Both the position numbers and the translations under genes were made by a program. Below the pieces are notes generated by a model. That model was not told the origin of the DNA. It did not search any database and was given only the letters and a program-made list of their open reading frames with translations. 64,000 nt of DNA, taken from NCBI GenBank assembly GCA_031261425.1, contig JAISJR010000006.1:9701-73700 (forward strand), given 5' to 3'. The DNA comes from Planctomycetota bacterium. GTDB taxonomy: Bacteria; Planctomycetota; SZUA-567. Positions 29,986-39,429 of this stretch are shown piece after piece; position 1 is the stretch's first letter, and each line of letters begins with the position of its first letter.

Positions 29986-30753
29986 TTAGAACGGCTTAAA
30001 TTTATTGACGACTTTGGCGAGCCATCCTTGGCGGATGCTGTCCGAGACCTCGCCTTTGCCGTTGAACGCGATGCGCAAATTCATCACGCGCTCGCCGGGG
30101 ACTTCGGAATTTTCATTCAGGTCGTTCGGGTCCACCACGCCGGAAAACAGCACGTCTTGCGTTTCGTCGTTGATGCGAATTTGTTTGCGCGCCTCCACGA
30201 CCAAATGACCGTTGGGCAAAACCTCGACGACGTTGCCGCTTAATTTGGTGGTGAACGTGCCGGTGCGGTTGGTTTTGCCTTCGCCTTTGTGCTCCATTTC
30301 GGCTTCAAAGTTGACCTGCGCGTAGTTGTCGCCGGTTTGCGCGGCGTCGATACTGCCGTCGGCGCTGGTCATCGAATACGGTTTTAACACGCGGTCGCCG
30401 TTGGCGTTTCGCCCGAGTTTGAACCAATTCTTCAAATTGATGAGATTGCTGTTTTGGGATTTCAATTCGTTTTTCGCCTCGATTTTCGTGTCGGTTTTTT
30501 CATCGACGAGAAACGTTACGCGGTCGTGGACTTTATTGGCGCGCGGCTTGACTAATTCGTTGATGTCGGCGCGGTAAGCGTGAAAAAATTTCGCCGCCGT
30601 GCGCTCTTCCGCCAGCGTCGTTTCAATCGCTTCCTCGTCGAGCGTTTTGCGCGCCATCTCGGCTTTGGAAATCGGCTCATACTCCCGATAGACATCGGCG
30701 GCGGCGGCGGTCGCGGTGAAAATCAGCGACAGCGCAATGATGGTTTTCGACAT
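29986..30753 (-). CDS. flgH: Flagellar L-ring lipoprotein FlgH
   Basis: Signal peptide; 'LSGNVVEVLPNGHLVVEARKQIRINDETQ' FlgH core. Confidence 0.85.
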   Translation of the reverse strand: MSKTIIALSLIFTATAAAADVYREYEPISKAEMARKTLDEEAIETTLAEERTAAKFFHAYRADINELVKPRANKVHDRVTFLVDEKTDTKIEAKNELKSQNSNLINLKNWFKLGRNANGDRVLKPYSMTSADGSIDAAQTGDNYAQVNFEAEMEHKGEGKTNRTGTFTTKLSGNVVEVLPNGHLVVEARKQIRINDETQDVLFSGVVDPNDLNENSEVPGERVMNLRIAFNGKGEVSDSIRQGWLAKVVNKFKPF

Positions 30754-30772
30754 TTTTAATCCCCCCGTTTTT

Positions 30773-31867
30773 TTAATTGCCCGACCGCACCAACTCCGCC
30801 GTGCCGCGTCCGGTCAGCCGGACTTTGTAAGTGCGTTTGCCGTCGCCGGCGCTTTGCACCGTGATATAGTCGCCGACTTTGCCGCCGCTGACCGCGACCG
30901 TTCGCTCTTCGATGACGAAGCCGTCGCCGCCGGCGCGGACAATCACCTCGTCGCTTTTTTTGACGATTTCCGGCGTGCCGAAATCCGCCGCCGACAGCGG
31001 CGCGCCGGCGCGCAAGGCGCGGCGACATTCGCGTCCGCGCAACGACGCCAGCGTCAGCCGTTCGGGGCGCGTGCCGGCGTATTTTTCAAATTGCATCGCA
31101 ATATCGCCGTCGCCGATAATATCGCCCGCGTTCATCGACCGCGCCAAAACCGGCGTGCTTAATTCGACCTCGACAAACATTTCCGCCGTGCCGTAATCGC
31201 TGAGGTTGCCCTGACCGTCGTAGGTCGTCAGGTCAACCACGAGCCGCCCCGGAATCCGCCCCTGCCGCACGCCGGTAATTTCCAGCGTTTCATAATCCTT
31301 GCGCGTCATCGTTACGCGCCGCACGTCGATTTTCGCCCGCGCCTCAATGCCGCTGAATTCATTGTCAATAAATTTGTCGAGCGATTTTTTCAACGCCTTT
31401 TCGGTCTTGGCGTCCACCGCGCCGGGGCGCTCCGCCCGTTGCGCCGGAATGACCGCGATTGCCGGGGTTGGTTTTGCCGCCGCCCCCACGACCGGCAACG
31501 CTTTTGCCGGCAGATTAGTCGTCGCCGGATTCGGTTTGTTCGCGCTATTTGCCGCCGGCGCCGGCGGACGGGCGGCGACGGTAACGCAGACCTTTTCACT
31601 GCCGGCGAAAACGACGTCGCGGTCGAGTCCGAGCGTCCGCAGACGCTCGCGCAGTTCGGGGCGCGTGAACGTTTTTTGTCCGCCGCGCGCCGGCGCGGGC
31701 GCGAGAAATTGCTTCCTAATCAGCGTCGCGTGGTCGCCGCTAATCGCGCCGAGGTCGGCGAAACAGATGTATTCGCTCCCCGCCGTCGCGACCTCCGCGA
31801 GCGTGATGACCGTGTCGGCGAAAGCGGCGGGAGCGAGAGTCAGGAGTAGCGCGAGAACTTTTTTCAT
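30773..31867 (-). CDS. flgA: Flagellar basal-body P-ring formation chaperone FlgA (SAF domain)
   Basis: C-terminal 'LRGRECRRALRAGAPLSAADF...VKKSDEVIVRAGGDGFVIEERTVAVSGGKVGDYITVQSAGDGKRTYKVRLTG' matches FlgA/SAF. Confidence 0.7.
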   Translation of the reverse strand: MKKVLALLLTLAPAAFADTVITLAEVATAGSEYICFADLGAISGDHATLIRKQFLAPAPARGGQKTFTRPELRERLRTLGLDRDVVFAGSEKVCVTVAARPPAPAANSANKPNPATTNLPAKALPVVGAAAKPTPAIAVIPAQRAERPGAVDAKTEKALKKSLDKFIDNEFSGIEARAKIDVRRVTMTRKDYETLEITGVRQGRIPGRLVVDLTTYDGQGNLSDYGTAEMFVEVELSTPVLARSMNAGDIIGDGDIAMQFEKYAGTRPERLTLASLRGRECRRALRAGAPLSAADFGTPEIVKKSDEVIVRAGGDGFVIEERTVAVSGGKVGDYITVQSAGDGKRTYKVRLTGRGTAELVRSGN

Positions 31868-31888
31868 TGGTCTATTCCATTGTTTAAC

Positions 31889-31992
31889 AGAGTTTGGAGT
31901 TAAGAGTTTAGAGTTTAGCAGAGGTGGCGCTTCGCGCATTTTTAAGATAACTCCACTGCTCAACTCTAAACTCTGAACTCTAAACTCTATCT
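31889..31992. repeat. R1 heptamer-array palindrome (canonical core)
   Basis: '...gagtttagcagaggtggcgcttcgcgcatttttaagataactccactgctcaactctaaactct...'. Confidence 0.85.
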
Positions 31993-32787
31993 CTTTAACG
32001 ACGCCACGGTCTGCAACATCGAGTCCGCCGTTTGGATGGTGCGCGAGTTAAATTCGTAGGCGCGCTGGGCGCTAATCATATTGACCATTTCCGTCACGGC
32101 ATCGACGTTGGAACCCTCAATCCAGCCGCCCTGCACCGTGCCGAAACCGGCGTCGCCGGGGTTGCCCGCCGTCGCCGGACCGGACGCGGCGGACTCAAAC
32201 CACAGGTTGCCGCCCTCGGCGTGCAGTCCCGCCGGATTGATAAAATTATAGACGCCGACGCGCGGTCCGACTTGCTGAATGGCGCCGTTTTCATCGACGT
32301 ATTGCAGTTGTCCGCCCGGCGTGAAAGTTACGTCGCGCGCGCCGGTCGGCAGTCCGGCAATCGGCGGATTTAACGGATAGCCGGAGGAGTTACGCACTTC
32401 GCCGTTGTTGTCCACGGTGAACGAGCCGTCGCGGGTGTAGGCGATGCGTCCGTCCGGCATCGTCAGCGAAAAAAACGAAGTCGTGTCGGTAATCATCAAA
32501 TTCGTCGGCACGCCGGTTTGAAGCGGGTTGCCCATCACGAAAACCGGCGTGGTGGCGGCGAGGCGCACGCCGTTGCCGATTTCGACGCCGACCGGAATGT
32601 TGACGCCGGGGTCGGCGCCCTGAATACCGGCGGCGCGCACCGTTTGATAATACAAATCCTGAAAATTCAGGTGGCGCTTTTTGTAGCCGTTCGTATTGAC
32701 GTTGGTCAGGTCGTGCCCGATGGAGTCGATGAAATCCTGCATCGCGTTCATCCCCGTCGCGCCCGTCCATAAACTGCGAATCATCAT
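31987..32787 (-). CDS. flgG: Flagellar basal-body rod protein FlgG
   Basis: 'MIRSLWTGATGMNAMQ' N-terminus and C-terminal 'MVNMISAQRAYEFNSRTIQTAD' rod-protein motif. Confidence 0.9.
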   Translation of the reverse strand: MMIRSLWTGATGMNAMQDFIDSIGHDLTNVNTNGYKKRHLNFQDLYYQTVRAAGIQGADPGVNIPVGVEIGNGVRLAATTPVFVMGNPLQTGVPTNLMITDTTSFFSLTMPDGRIAYTRDGSFTVDNNGEVRNSSGYPLNPPIAGLPTGARDVTFTPGGQLQYVDENGAIQQVGPRVGVYNFINPAGLHAEGGNLWFESAASGPATAGNPGDAGFGTVQGGWIEGSNVDAVTEMVNMISAQRAYEFNSRTIQTADSMLQTVASLKR

Positions 32788-32812
32788 TTGGGTATCCTCC
32801 TTTTTTGAAGAA

Positions 32813-32917
32813 CAGAGTTGAGAGTTGAAAGTTTAGAGTTGAGCAAAGGTCGCGCTTCGCGCATTTTTAAGATAACTCCACTGCTAAACTCTCAACTCTA
32901 AACTCTCAACTCTCTCT
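32813..32917. repeat. R1 heptamer-array palindrome (canonical core)
   Basis: Same arms and core. Confidence 0.85.
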
Positions 32918-33747
32918 TAACCGGCTCTCGCCGTCAGGCGCGACAGCGCCTGTCCGAGCGTTTGGTCTTGCATCGTGATAAACCGCATATTCAACTCAAA
33001 CGACCGGTGCGCGTTAATCATATCCACCATTTCATAGACCGGATTCGTCGCCGATTGTTCGAGCAGTCCCGACTTCGTGTCGGCGGTGCGGTTGACGGTG
33101 TCGAACGTCAATTCGTAATTAATCGTTTTATCCGGCACGTATTGATTGTTGCCGAGTTGGCGCAACGCGAAGTGGGCTTCTTCTTTGGTAATCGACGCCA
33201 GCCCGACTTGTCCCAACACCGCGTTGTCAACAAAGTCGTTGGTGACGGTAACGACGCCGTTGTCGCCGACTTTATAGAAGCCCTGCGAGCCGGTGAGTTG
33301 GATAGGTCCGCCGCCGCCGTCCAGCACCAAATCGCCGTCGGTGGTCACCAACATTCCGTCTTCGGCGCGCATAAACGTCCCGTTGCGCGTGTAGCGAACG
33401 TCATCGTCGGCGGCGTCGCGCGGGCGCACCATAAAAAAACTGACGCGGCTACGGTCTTTGTCGTTAATCGCCATATTCAGCGGATTGTCGGTGGTAACGA
33501 CCGGACCGGGCGTAAAGTCGGTCGTCGTGCGGTCCATCCACGCGCCGCCGCCGGTTTTTTCGAGTATCACGTCGATTTCGCGCCGCCCGTCGCCTTTGAT
33601 GACGCTTTCGGCGGGCACGTCGCGGAAAATGGAAAAATTCGGCTTGAAGCCGTCGGTGTTGGCGTTGGCGAGATTGTTGGAAACGGTCTCGTGCCGCGCC
33701 ATCTCGCACGTCGCGCCCATCGTCGAAAGATACATACCGTTAATCAT
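32917..33747 (-). CDS. flgF: Flagellar basal-body rod protein FlgF
   Basis: Rod-protein N-terminal 'LSTMGATCEMARHETVSNNLANANTDGFK' and C-terminal 'MVDMINAHRSFELN' motifs. Confidence 0.85.
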   Translation of the reverse strand: MINGMYLSTMGATCEMARHETVSNNLANANTDGFKPNFSIFRDVPAESVIKGDGRREIDVILEKTGGGAWMDRTTTDFTPGPVVTTDNPLNMAINDKDRSRVSFFMVRPRDAADDDVRYTRNGTFMRAEDGMLVTTDGDLVLDGGGGPIQLTGSQGFYKVGDNGVVTVTNDFVDNAVLGQVGLASITKEEAHFALRQLGNNQYVPDKTINYELTFDTVNRTADTKSGLLEQSATNPVYEMVDMINAHRSFELNMRFITMQDQTLGQALSRLTARAG

Positions 33748-33775
33748 TTTTTACTCGTTTCGTTGTCGGCAAGCA

Positions 33776-33898
33776 ATTGAAAATTAACAATTAACAATTG
33801 TGGAGTTTGATTTTTAATTCGCTTCGCGAAATTTTGACCGCGAACGCCTCAATTGTGAATTGTTAATTGTCAATTGTTAATTGTTAATTGTTAATTCT
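33776..33898. repeat. R2 element
   Basis: 'caattgaaaattaacaattaacaattg' - 'tggagtttgatttttaattcgcttcgcgaaattttgaccgcgaacgcctc' - 'aattgtgaattgttaattgtcaattgttaattg...'. Confidence 0.8.
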
Positions 33899-34185
33899 CT
33901 CTCAATCGCCGTGCCATTTTCGCCGTTTGGCGCATCTCATCGGTTAAAGTTGAAAAATCCGCCGCGTGGTCTATCGGCAAAAACCGGCAAAAAGAATAGA
34001 AAAATTTCCGAACAAAGTTTGCGCGGCGGGAATAAATATCTGCAAGTTTTTTTTGCGGCGGCGATGATTTTATTTACCGGCAGGCAAAAATTGCCTGTTG
34101 CGCGTTTTTTCATTTGGCTTGTTTCTTATCTCGCGGAGGCACGGAGAACACGGATAAATTCAATTATTGGTGGATGCTCTATTCA

Positions 34186-34358
34186 ATTGCCACGCGCTTT
34201 AGCGCGTGGTTAGCGCTCCCGCTAAAATGGGCTTTAGCCCAAACCATAATTTGGCTAAAGCCGATGGAATTTAGACCACGTTTTTTATTTTTGGGCTAAA
34301 GCCCATTTCTTTTTTGACCGTCAACCACGCCTTAAAAGGCGTGGCAATTGAATAGAGC
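34186..34358. repeat. R3 element, complete copy with perfect 21-bp TIRs
   Basis: 'gctctattcaattgccacgcg...ggcgtggcaattgaatagagc' with internal 'gggctttagccc'/'gggctaaagccc' hairpins. Confidence 0.85.
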
Positions 34359-34691
34359 AACCGCGTTTTGCCACCGCCGTTTTGGAAGCGGAGAAAAACT
34401 TCGGCGCCGGGCTTTTTACCCCGCGCCGGAATAATTTTAACTCGTAATTTTCAGTGTTTTAAGCGTCTATTTTTCACCTCGCCAATCGTCCGCGCCGCCA
34501 ACTCACGCCGAAAACTTTGAGAAAAATTAAATTTCTTGCTTGCGAAAACAGTTGAATGACCTAAATTAGCAATGTCGGCGGTGGAAGCGACGAAAAAGGT
34601 GAAAATGTGATAAAAATGCGTCCCGCGCGGTAAAAACGGTTGACGCGCCAAACTTTGGTCGGATTTCTTTGTTTTTTTTATTTTTTTTTAC

Positions 34692-34704
34692 GGGGGGGGG
34701 GGGG
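34692..34704 (+). promoter_or_regulatory. Homopolymeric G13 tract, preceded by T8-A-T9, 5 nt upstream of the GT4 start codon
   Basis: 'gttttttttatttttttttacgggggggggggggagttATG'. Confidence 0.7.
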
Positions 34705-34708
34705 AGTT

Positions 34709-35893
34709 ATGAGAATCGCGATGTTTTCGTGGGAGTCACTGCACTCAATTTTTATTGGCGGTTTGGGCGTGCACGTTACGGAACTTGCCGCCGGCTTGGA
34801 ACGCCGCGGGCATGAAGTGCATTTGATTACCCGCCGCAAAGCCAACCAAAATCCGTATGACTTGGTTGACGGCGTCCATTATCATCGTATCGACCACGAG
34901 GTTACCGGCGACGATTTTGTGGTGTCGATGGACAAAATGTGCCAATCGATGGCGGCGAAATTTCGCGATATTACCACGTTGGTCGGGCATTTCGATTTGC
35001 TCCACGCGCACGACTGGCTGACCGGCAACGCGATGAAATACTCGATGCAAACGTTCGGCACCAAAGGCATCCTGTCGATGCACTCCACCGAATACGGGCG
35101 CGACGGCAACGTGTTTTATGACGGGTTTGCCCGCGAAGTCCGCGACTGCGAAGCCGAAGCGTGCTTCCACGCCGACCAAATCATCTGCGTCAGTTCGTTC
35201 CTCGCCGAAGAAGTCGAACGCATTTACGCCGTGCCGCACAACAAAATTCACGTGGTGCCGAACGGCGTCAACTATCACGCTTTCGACGGTTTCATCGACC
35301 CCGCCGCCGTCAAAACCGAATACGGCATCGCCCCGATGGCGCCGACGGTTTTCGCCGCCGGTCGGATGAGTTTGCAAAAAGGTATGGATATGTTGGTCGA
35401 AGCCGTGCCGATGGTCTTGGCGAGTTATCCCGAAACGAAATTCGTCATTTCCGGTAGCGGTCCCGAAAAAGACAACGTCGTGCGCATTGCCAATCAAATC
35501 GGCGTCAGCGATTCCGTCATTTTCCTCGACGCGCTTCCGCGTCACAAATACATCGACTTGGTGCGCGCGGTGGACCTCGTCGCGGTGCCGAGCCGCAACG
35601 AACCGTTCGGTATCGTCATTCTGGAAGCGTGGGCGGCGGGCAAACCGGTGGTTACGACGACCGTCGGCGGTCCGCGCGAATTTGTGTGGCACAATGTCAA
35701 CGGTTTCCACGTGGACGCGAATCCGGGCGGCTTGGCGCACGGCATCGGCTCGCTCTTGGCGGACCACGACCACTGCCGCGCTCTCGGTCTGAACGGGCGC
35801 AAAGCGTGCGAAGATATGTTCAACTGGGACAACGTCGCGCAATACACCGAAGGCGTCTATCAATACGTGTTGGACAACAGTTTCGCCTACTAA
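34709..35893 (+). CDS. Glycosyltransferase family 4 (glycogen-synthase-like fold)
   Basis: 'MRIAMFSWESLHSIFIGGLGVHVTELAAGLERRGHEVHLIT' GT4 N-domain; C-terminal 'EPFGIVILEAWAAGKPVV'. Confidence 0.8.
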   Translation: MRIAMFSWESLHSIFIGGLGVHVTELAAGLERRGHEVHLITRRKANQNPYDLVDGVHYHRIDHEVTGDDFVVSMDKMCQSMAAKFRDITTLVGHFDLLHAHDWLTGNAMKYSMQTFGTKGILSMHSTEYGRDGNVFYDGFAREVRDCEAEACFHADQIICVSSFLAEEVERIYAVPHNKIHVVPNGVNYHAFDGFIDPAAVKTEYGIAPMAPTVFAAGRMSLQKGMDMLVEAVPMVLASYPETKFVISGSGPEKDNVVRIANQIGVSDSVIFLDALPRHKYIDLVRAVDLVAVPSRNEPFGIVILEAWAAGKPVVTTTVGGPREFVWHNVNGFHVDANPGGLAHGIGSLLADHDHCRALGLNGRKACEDMFNWDNVAQYTEGVYQYVLDNSFAY

Positions 35894-35957
35894 TCGACTC
35901 GATTTGCGGTCTAAAAATAAAAAATGCCACGCCGTTTTGTTCGGCGTGGCATTTTTT

Positions 35958-37506
<1,549 letters not shown>

Positions 37507-37515
37507 ACATTAAAA

Positions 37516-37827
37516 TTAACCGGCATTTCGCTCAAATAAAATTTTGCCGACGCGCCGGATATGGTCGCGCAACGCGGGGTTGTCAAGGTGCGCCCAGAGA
37601 TTCGCGTCCAATTTGTAGGGGAGCAACAAGTCGTCGATTTCGTCTTCGATTTTGCCTTTAACGGTCAAGTTCAAACCGTCGCCGAAAAGCGTCAAGTCGA
37701 TGTCGGAGTATTTCTGAAAATTGCCTTTGGCGCGCGAGCCGTATAAAACGACTTTTTCGACTTCGCCGTGCGCGGCAAAGACGGCTTGCATTTGACAAAT
37801 TTCCGTGTCGGTCAAACCGTAGCGCAT
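37516..37827 (-). CDS. Nucleotidyltransferase-domain protein (MNT, HI0073 family)
   Basis: 'LYGSRAKGNFQKYSDIDL' GSx(n)DxD NTase motif; overlaps the upstream HepT-like gene. Confidence 0.75.
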   Translation of the reverse strand: MRYGLTDTEICQMQAVFAAHGEVEKVVLYGSRAKGNFQKYSDIDLTLFGDGLNLTVKGKIEDEIDDLLLPYKLDANLWAHLDNPALRDHIRRVGKILFERNAG

Positions 37828-38246
37828 TTCCGCTCCATCGTTTTCTGAAATTTCGCCAACCGCGGCGCGTATTGAGTAATGATTTTTTGTCCGACGGCTT
37901 CCGCGACGGCGTTATTGTAAGTGTGCGAGGTCTCGTTGCGACTGCGAATCATCGCCATCCAGACCTCGCCGTCGTCAATCAATTTCAGCGCGAGCGCTTC
38001 CCGCGTGGCATCGCGCGAGCCGCCGACCGCGTTATTGCCCTGATACGCGGCGTAGTCCTTCATCACATTCCACGCCAATTCGTGCGTGTATTCAAACCGT
38101 TGGACTAATCCTTCGCGGGCAATTTCCATCAGCCGCGCGTCGTCGGCAAACAGATGGTTGCCGACCAAGTCAACCGCGTCTTGCAATTTCGCCAACGCTT
38201 TGCGGTAATTGTCAAAACGTTGCGTCCAGCGGATATCGTCTTCCAT
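37812..38246 (-). CDS. Nucleotidyltransferase substrate-binding protein (HepT-like, HI0074 family)
   Basis: 'RSRNETSHTY' Rx4HxY motif; 'GLVQRFEYTHELAWNVMKDY' family signature. Confidence 0.75.
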   Translation of the reverse strand: MEDDIRWTQRFDNYRKALAKLQDAVDLVGNHLFADDARLMEIAREGLVQRFEYTHELAWNVMKDYAAYQGNNAVGGSRDATREALALKLIDDGEVWMAMIRSRNETSHTYNNAVAEAVGQKIITQYAPRLAKFQKTMERKCATV

Positions 38247-38249
38247 CGT

Positions 38250-38972
38250 TCACTCCTCAAAAATTCGCGCCAGCCATTCCGGCGTCAGTTCGATTTTTGG
38301 CGCGTCCGGCGCGAGAACACACCACACCGGCAAGCCGGTAATTTCGGCGATGACCTGCATATTATCGTTCGCCAACGTGTCCGCGAGCGCGTCGTCGAGC
38401 GCGTTCGCCGCGCCGCCGCCGCTCGCGCGAAAGCGATTGAAAACCAAACCGCGGACGATGCCGCGCCGTTGCAGATATTCCGCCGTCAGCACGAAATTAT
38501 TTATCGCGCCCAAGCCGACCGTGCCGACGATGACCGTCGCGAGTCGCAATTCTTTAATCACTTCCGGCAACATCAGCGTCGAGCGCCCGTCGCGCCGGAG
38601 CGGGCAAACGATGCCGCCGCTTCCTTCGACGACCACGTATGCGTATTCGCGGCATATTCGCGCGTAATCGGCGCGAATTTTCGCCAAATCCGGCGGAGGA
38701 CCTTCAAGCCGCGCCGCGAGATGCGGCGACACCGCCGCTTCGTAAATATACGAAACCAGCGTGTTCGGCGGCGCGGACAAACCGGCGATTTTCGCCACGC
38801 GCTCGGCGTCGCCGGCGACGAGCCGCCCGTTCGCATCGCGCGCGTTGCCGCTGGCGGCGGCTTTGTAGTAACCGGCGTTCAGTCCCGCCTCGCGCAGGGC
38901 TTTGACCAACAGCGCGGCGAAATAGGTCTTGCCGGCGTCGGTGCCGGTGCCGGTGATGAAAATCGCGGGCAT
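38250..38972 (-). CDS. bioD: Dethiobiotin synthetase
   Basis: 'IFITGTGTDAGKT' P-loop and BioD fold. Confidence 0.8.
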   Translation of the reverse strand: MPAIFITGTGTDAGKTYFAALLVKALREAGLNAGYYKAAASGNARDANGRLVAGDAERVAKIAGLSAPPNTLVSYIYEAAVSPHLAARLEGPPPDLAKIRADYARICREYAYVVVEGSGGIVCPLRRDGRSTLMLPEVIKELRLATVIVGTVGLGAINNFVLTAEYLQRRGIVRGLVFNRFRASGGGAANALDDALADTLANDNMQVIAEITGLPVWCVLAPDAPKIELTPEWLARIFEE

Positions 38973-39006
38973 AGATGTCTCTCGATGGCGGAGAATTCGT
39001 CTCGCG

Positions 39007-39330
39007 TTACTTTTTGTTTTCAGGATACAGCACGGTCAGCATTTTGCCGACGCGCAGGTATGAGGCATACATTCCCGCGACCGCGCCGAGCGTGATTGCA
39101 ATCGCCATTCCCCAGCCGCCGGTGCCGAGGTAACGGTTGGCGAGCCACCCCGCGCCCGCGAACATCAGCACCATCGTTACGAAAAAGACGCCGATGCCGG
39201 TGGTCATTCCCAAAAAACGCGCCGGATTGACATACGTGTCGTTCGCCTCGGCGTTGCGCGCCTCGGCGTCGCGCGCGGACTCGTCCGGCGCGGGCGACGT
39301 TTTTTTTTCCGCGGTATTTTCGAGATTCAT
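39007..39330 (-). CDS. Small membrane protein, AtpZ/AtpI-like (weak)
   Basis: Two hydrophobic helices after an acidic N-terminus. Confidence 0.45.
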   Translation of the reverse strand: MNLENTAEKKTSPAPDESARDAEARNAEANDTYVNPARFLGMTTGIGVFFVTMVLMFAGAGWLANRYLGTGGWGMAIAITLGAVAGMYASYLRVGKMLTVLYPENKK

Positions 39331-39429
39331 TCCGTCCCCCTATTATTTTCGCGTGGCGATATTAGAATCCGCCCGATTGGTCAACATTCCATCATTCTCC
39401 GCCGTTCCCATTGTCCCCGCGCGAAACCT

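Noticed and set aside
34081-34112. Hairpin 'caggcaaaaattgcctg' followed by a T-run in the non-coding region upstream of flgF (possible sRNA terminator)
   Set aside because: Seven nucleotides separate the stem from the T-run and there is no upstream gene or promoter evidence. Too weak to call.
34640-34708. Upstream extension of the GT4 ORF (MTRQTLVGFLCFFYFFLRGGGGV...)
   Set aside because: It is translated from the T/G homopolymer tracts. A conserved GT4 N-terminus begins at ATG 34709 with the G tract acting as RBS region.
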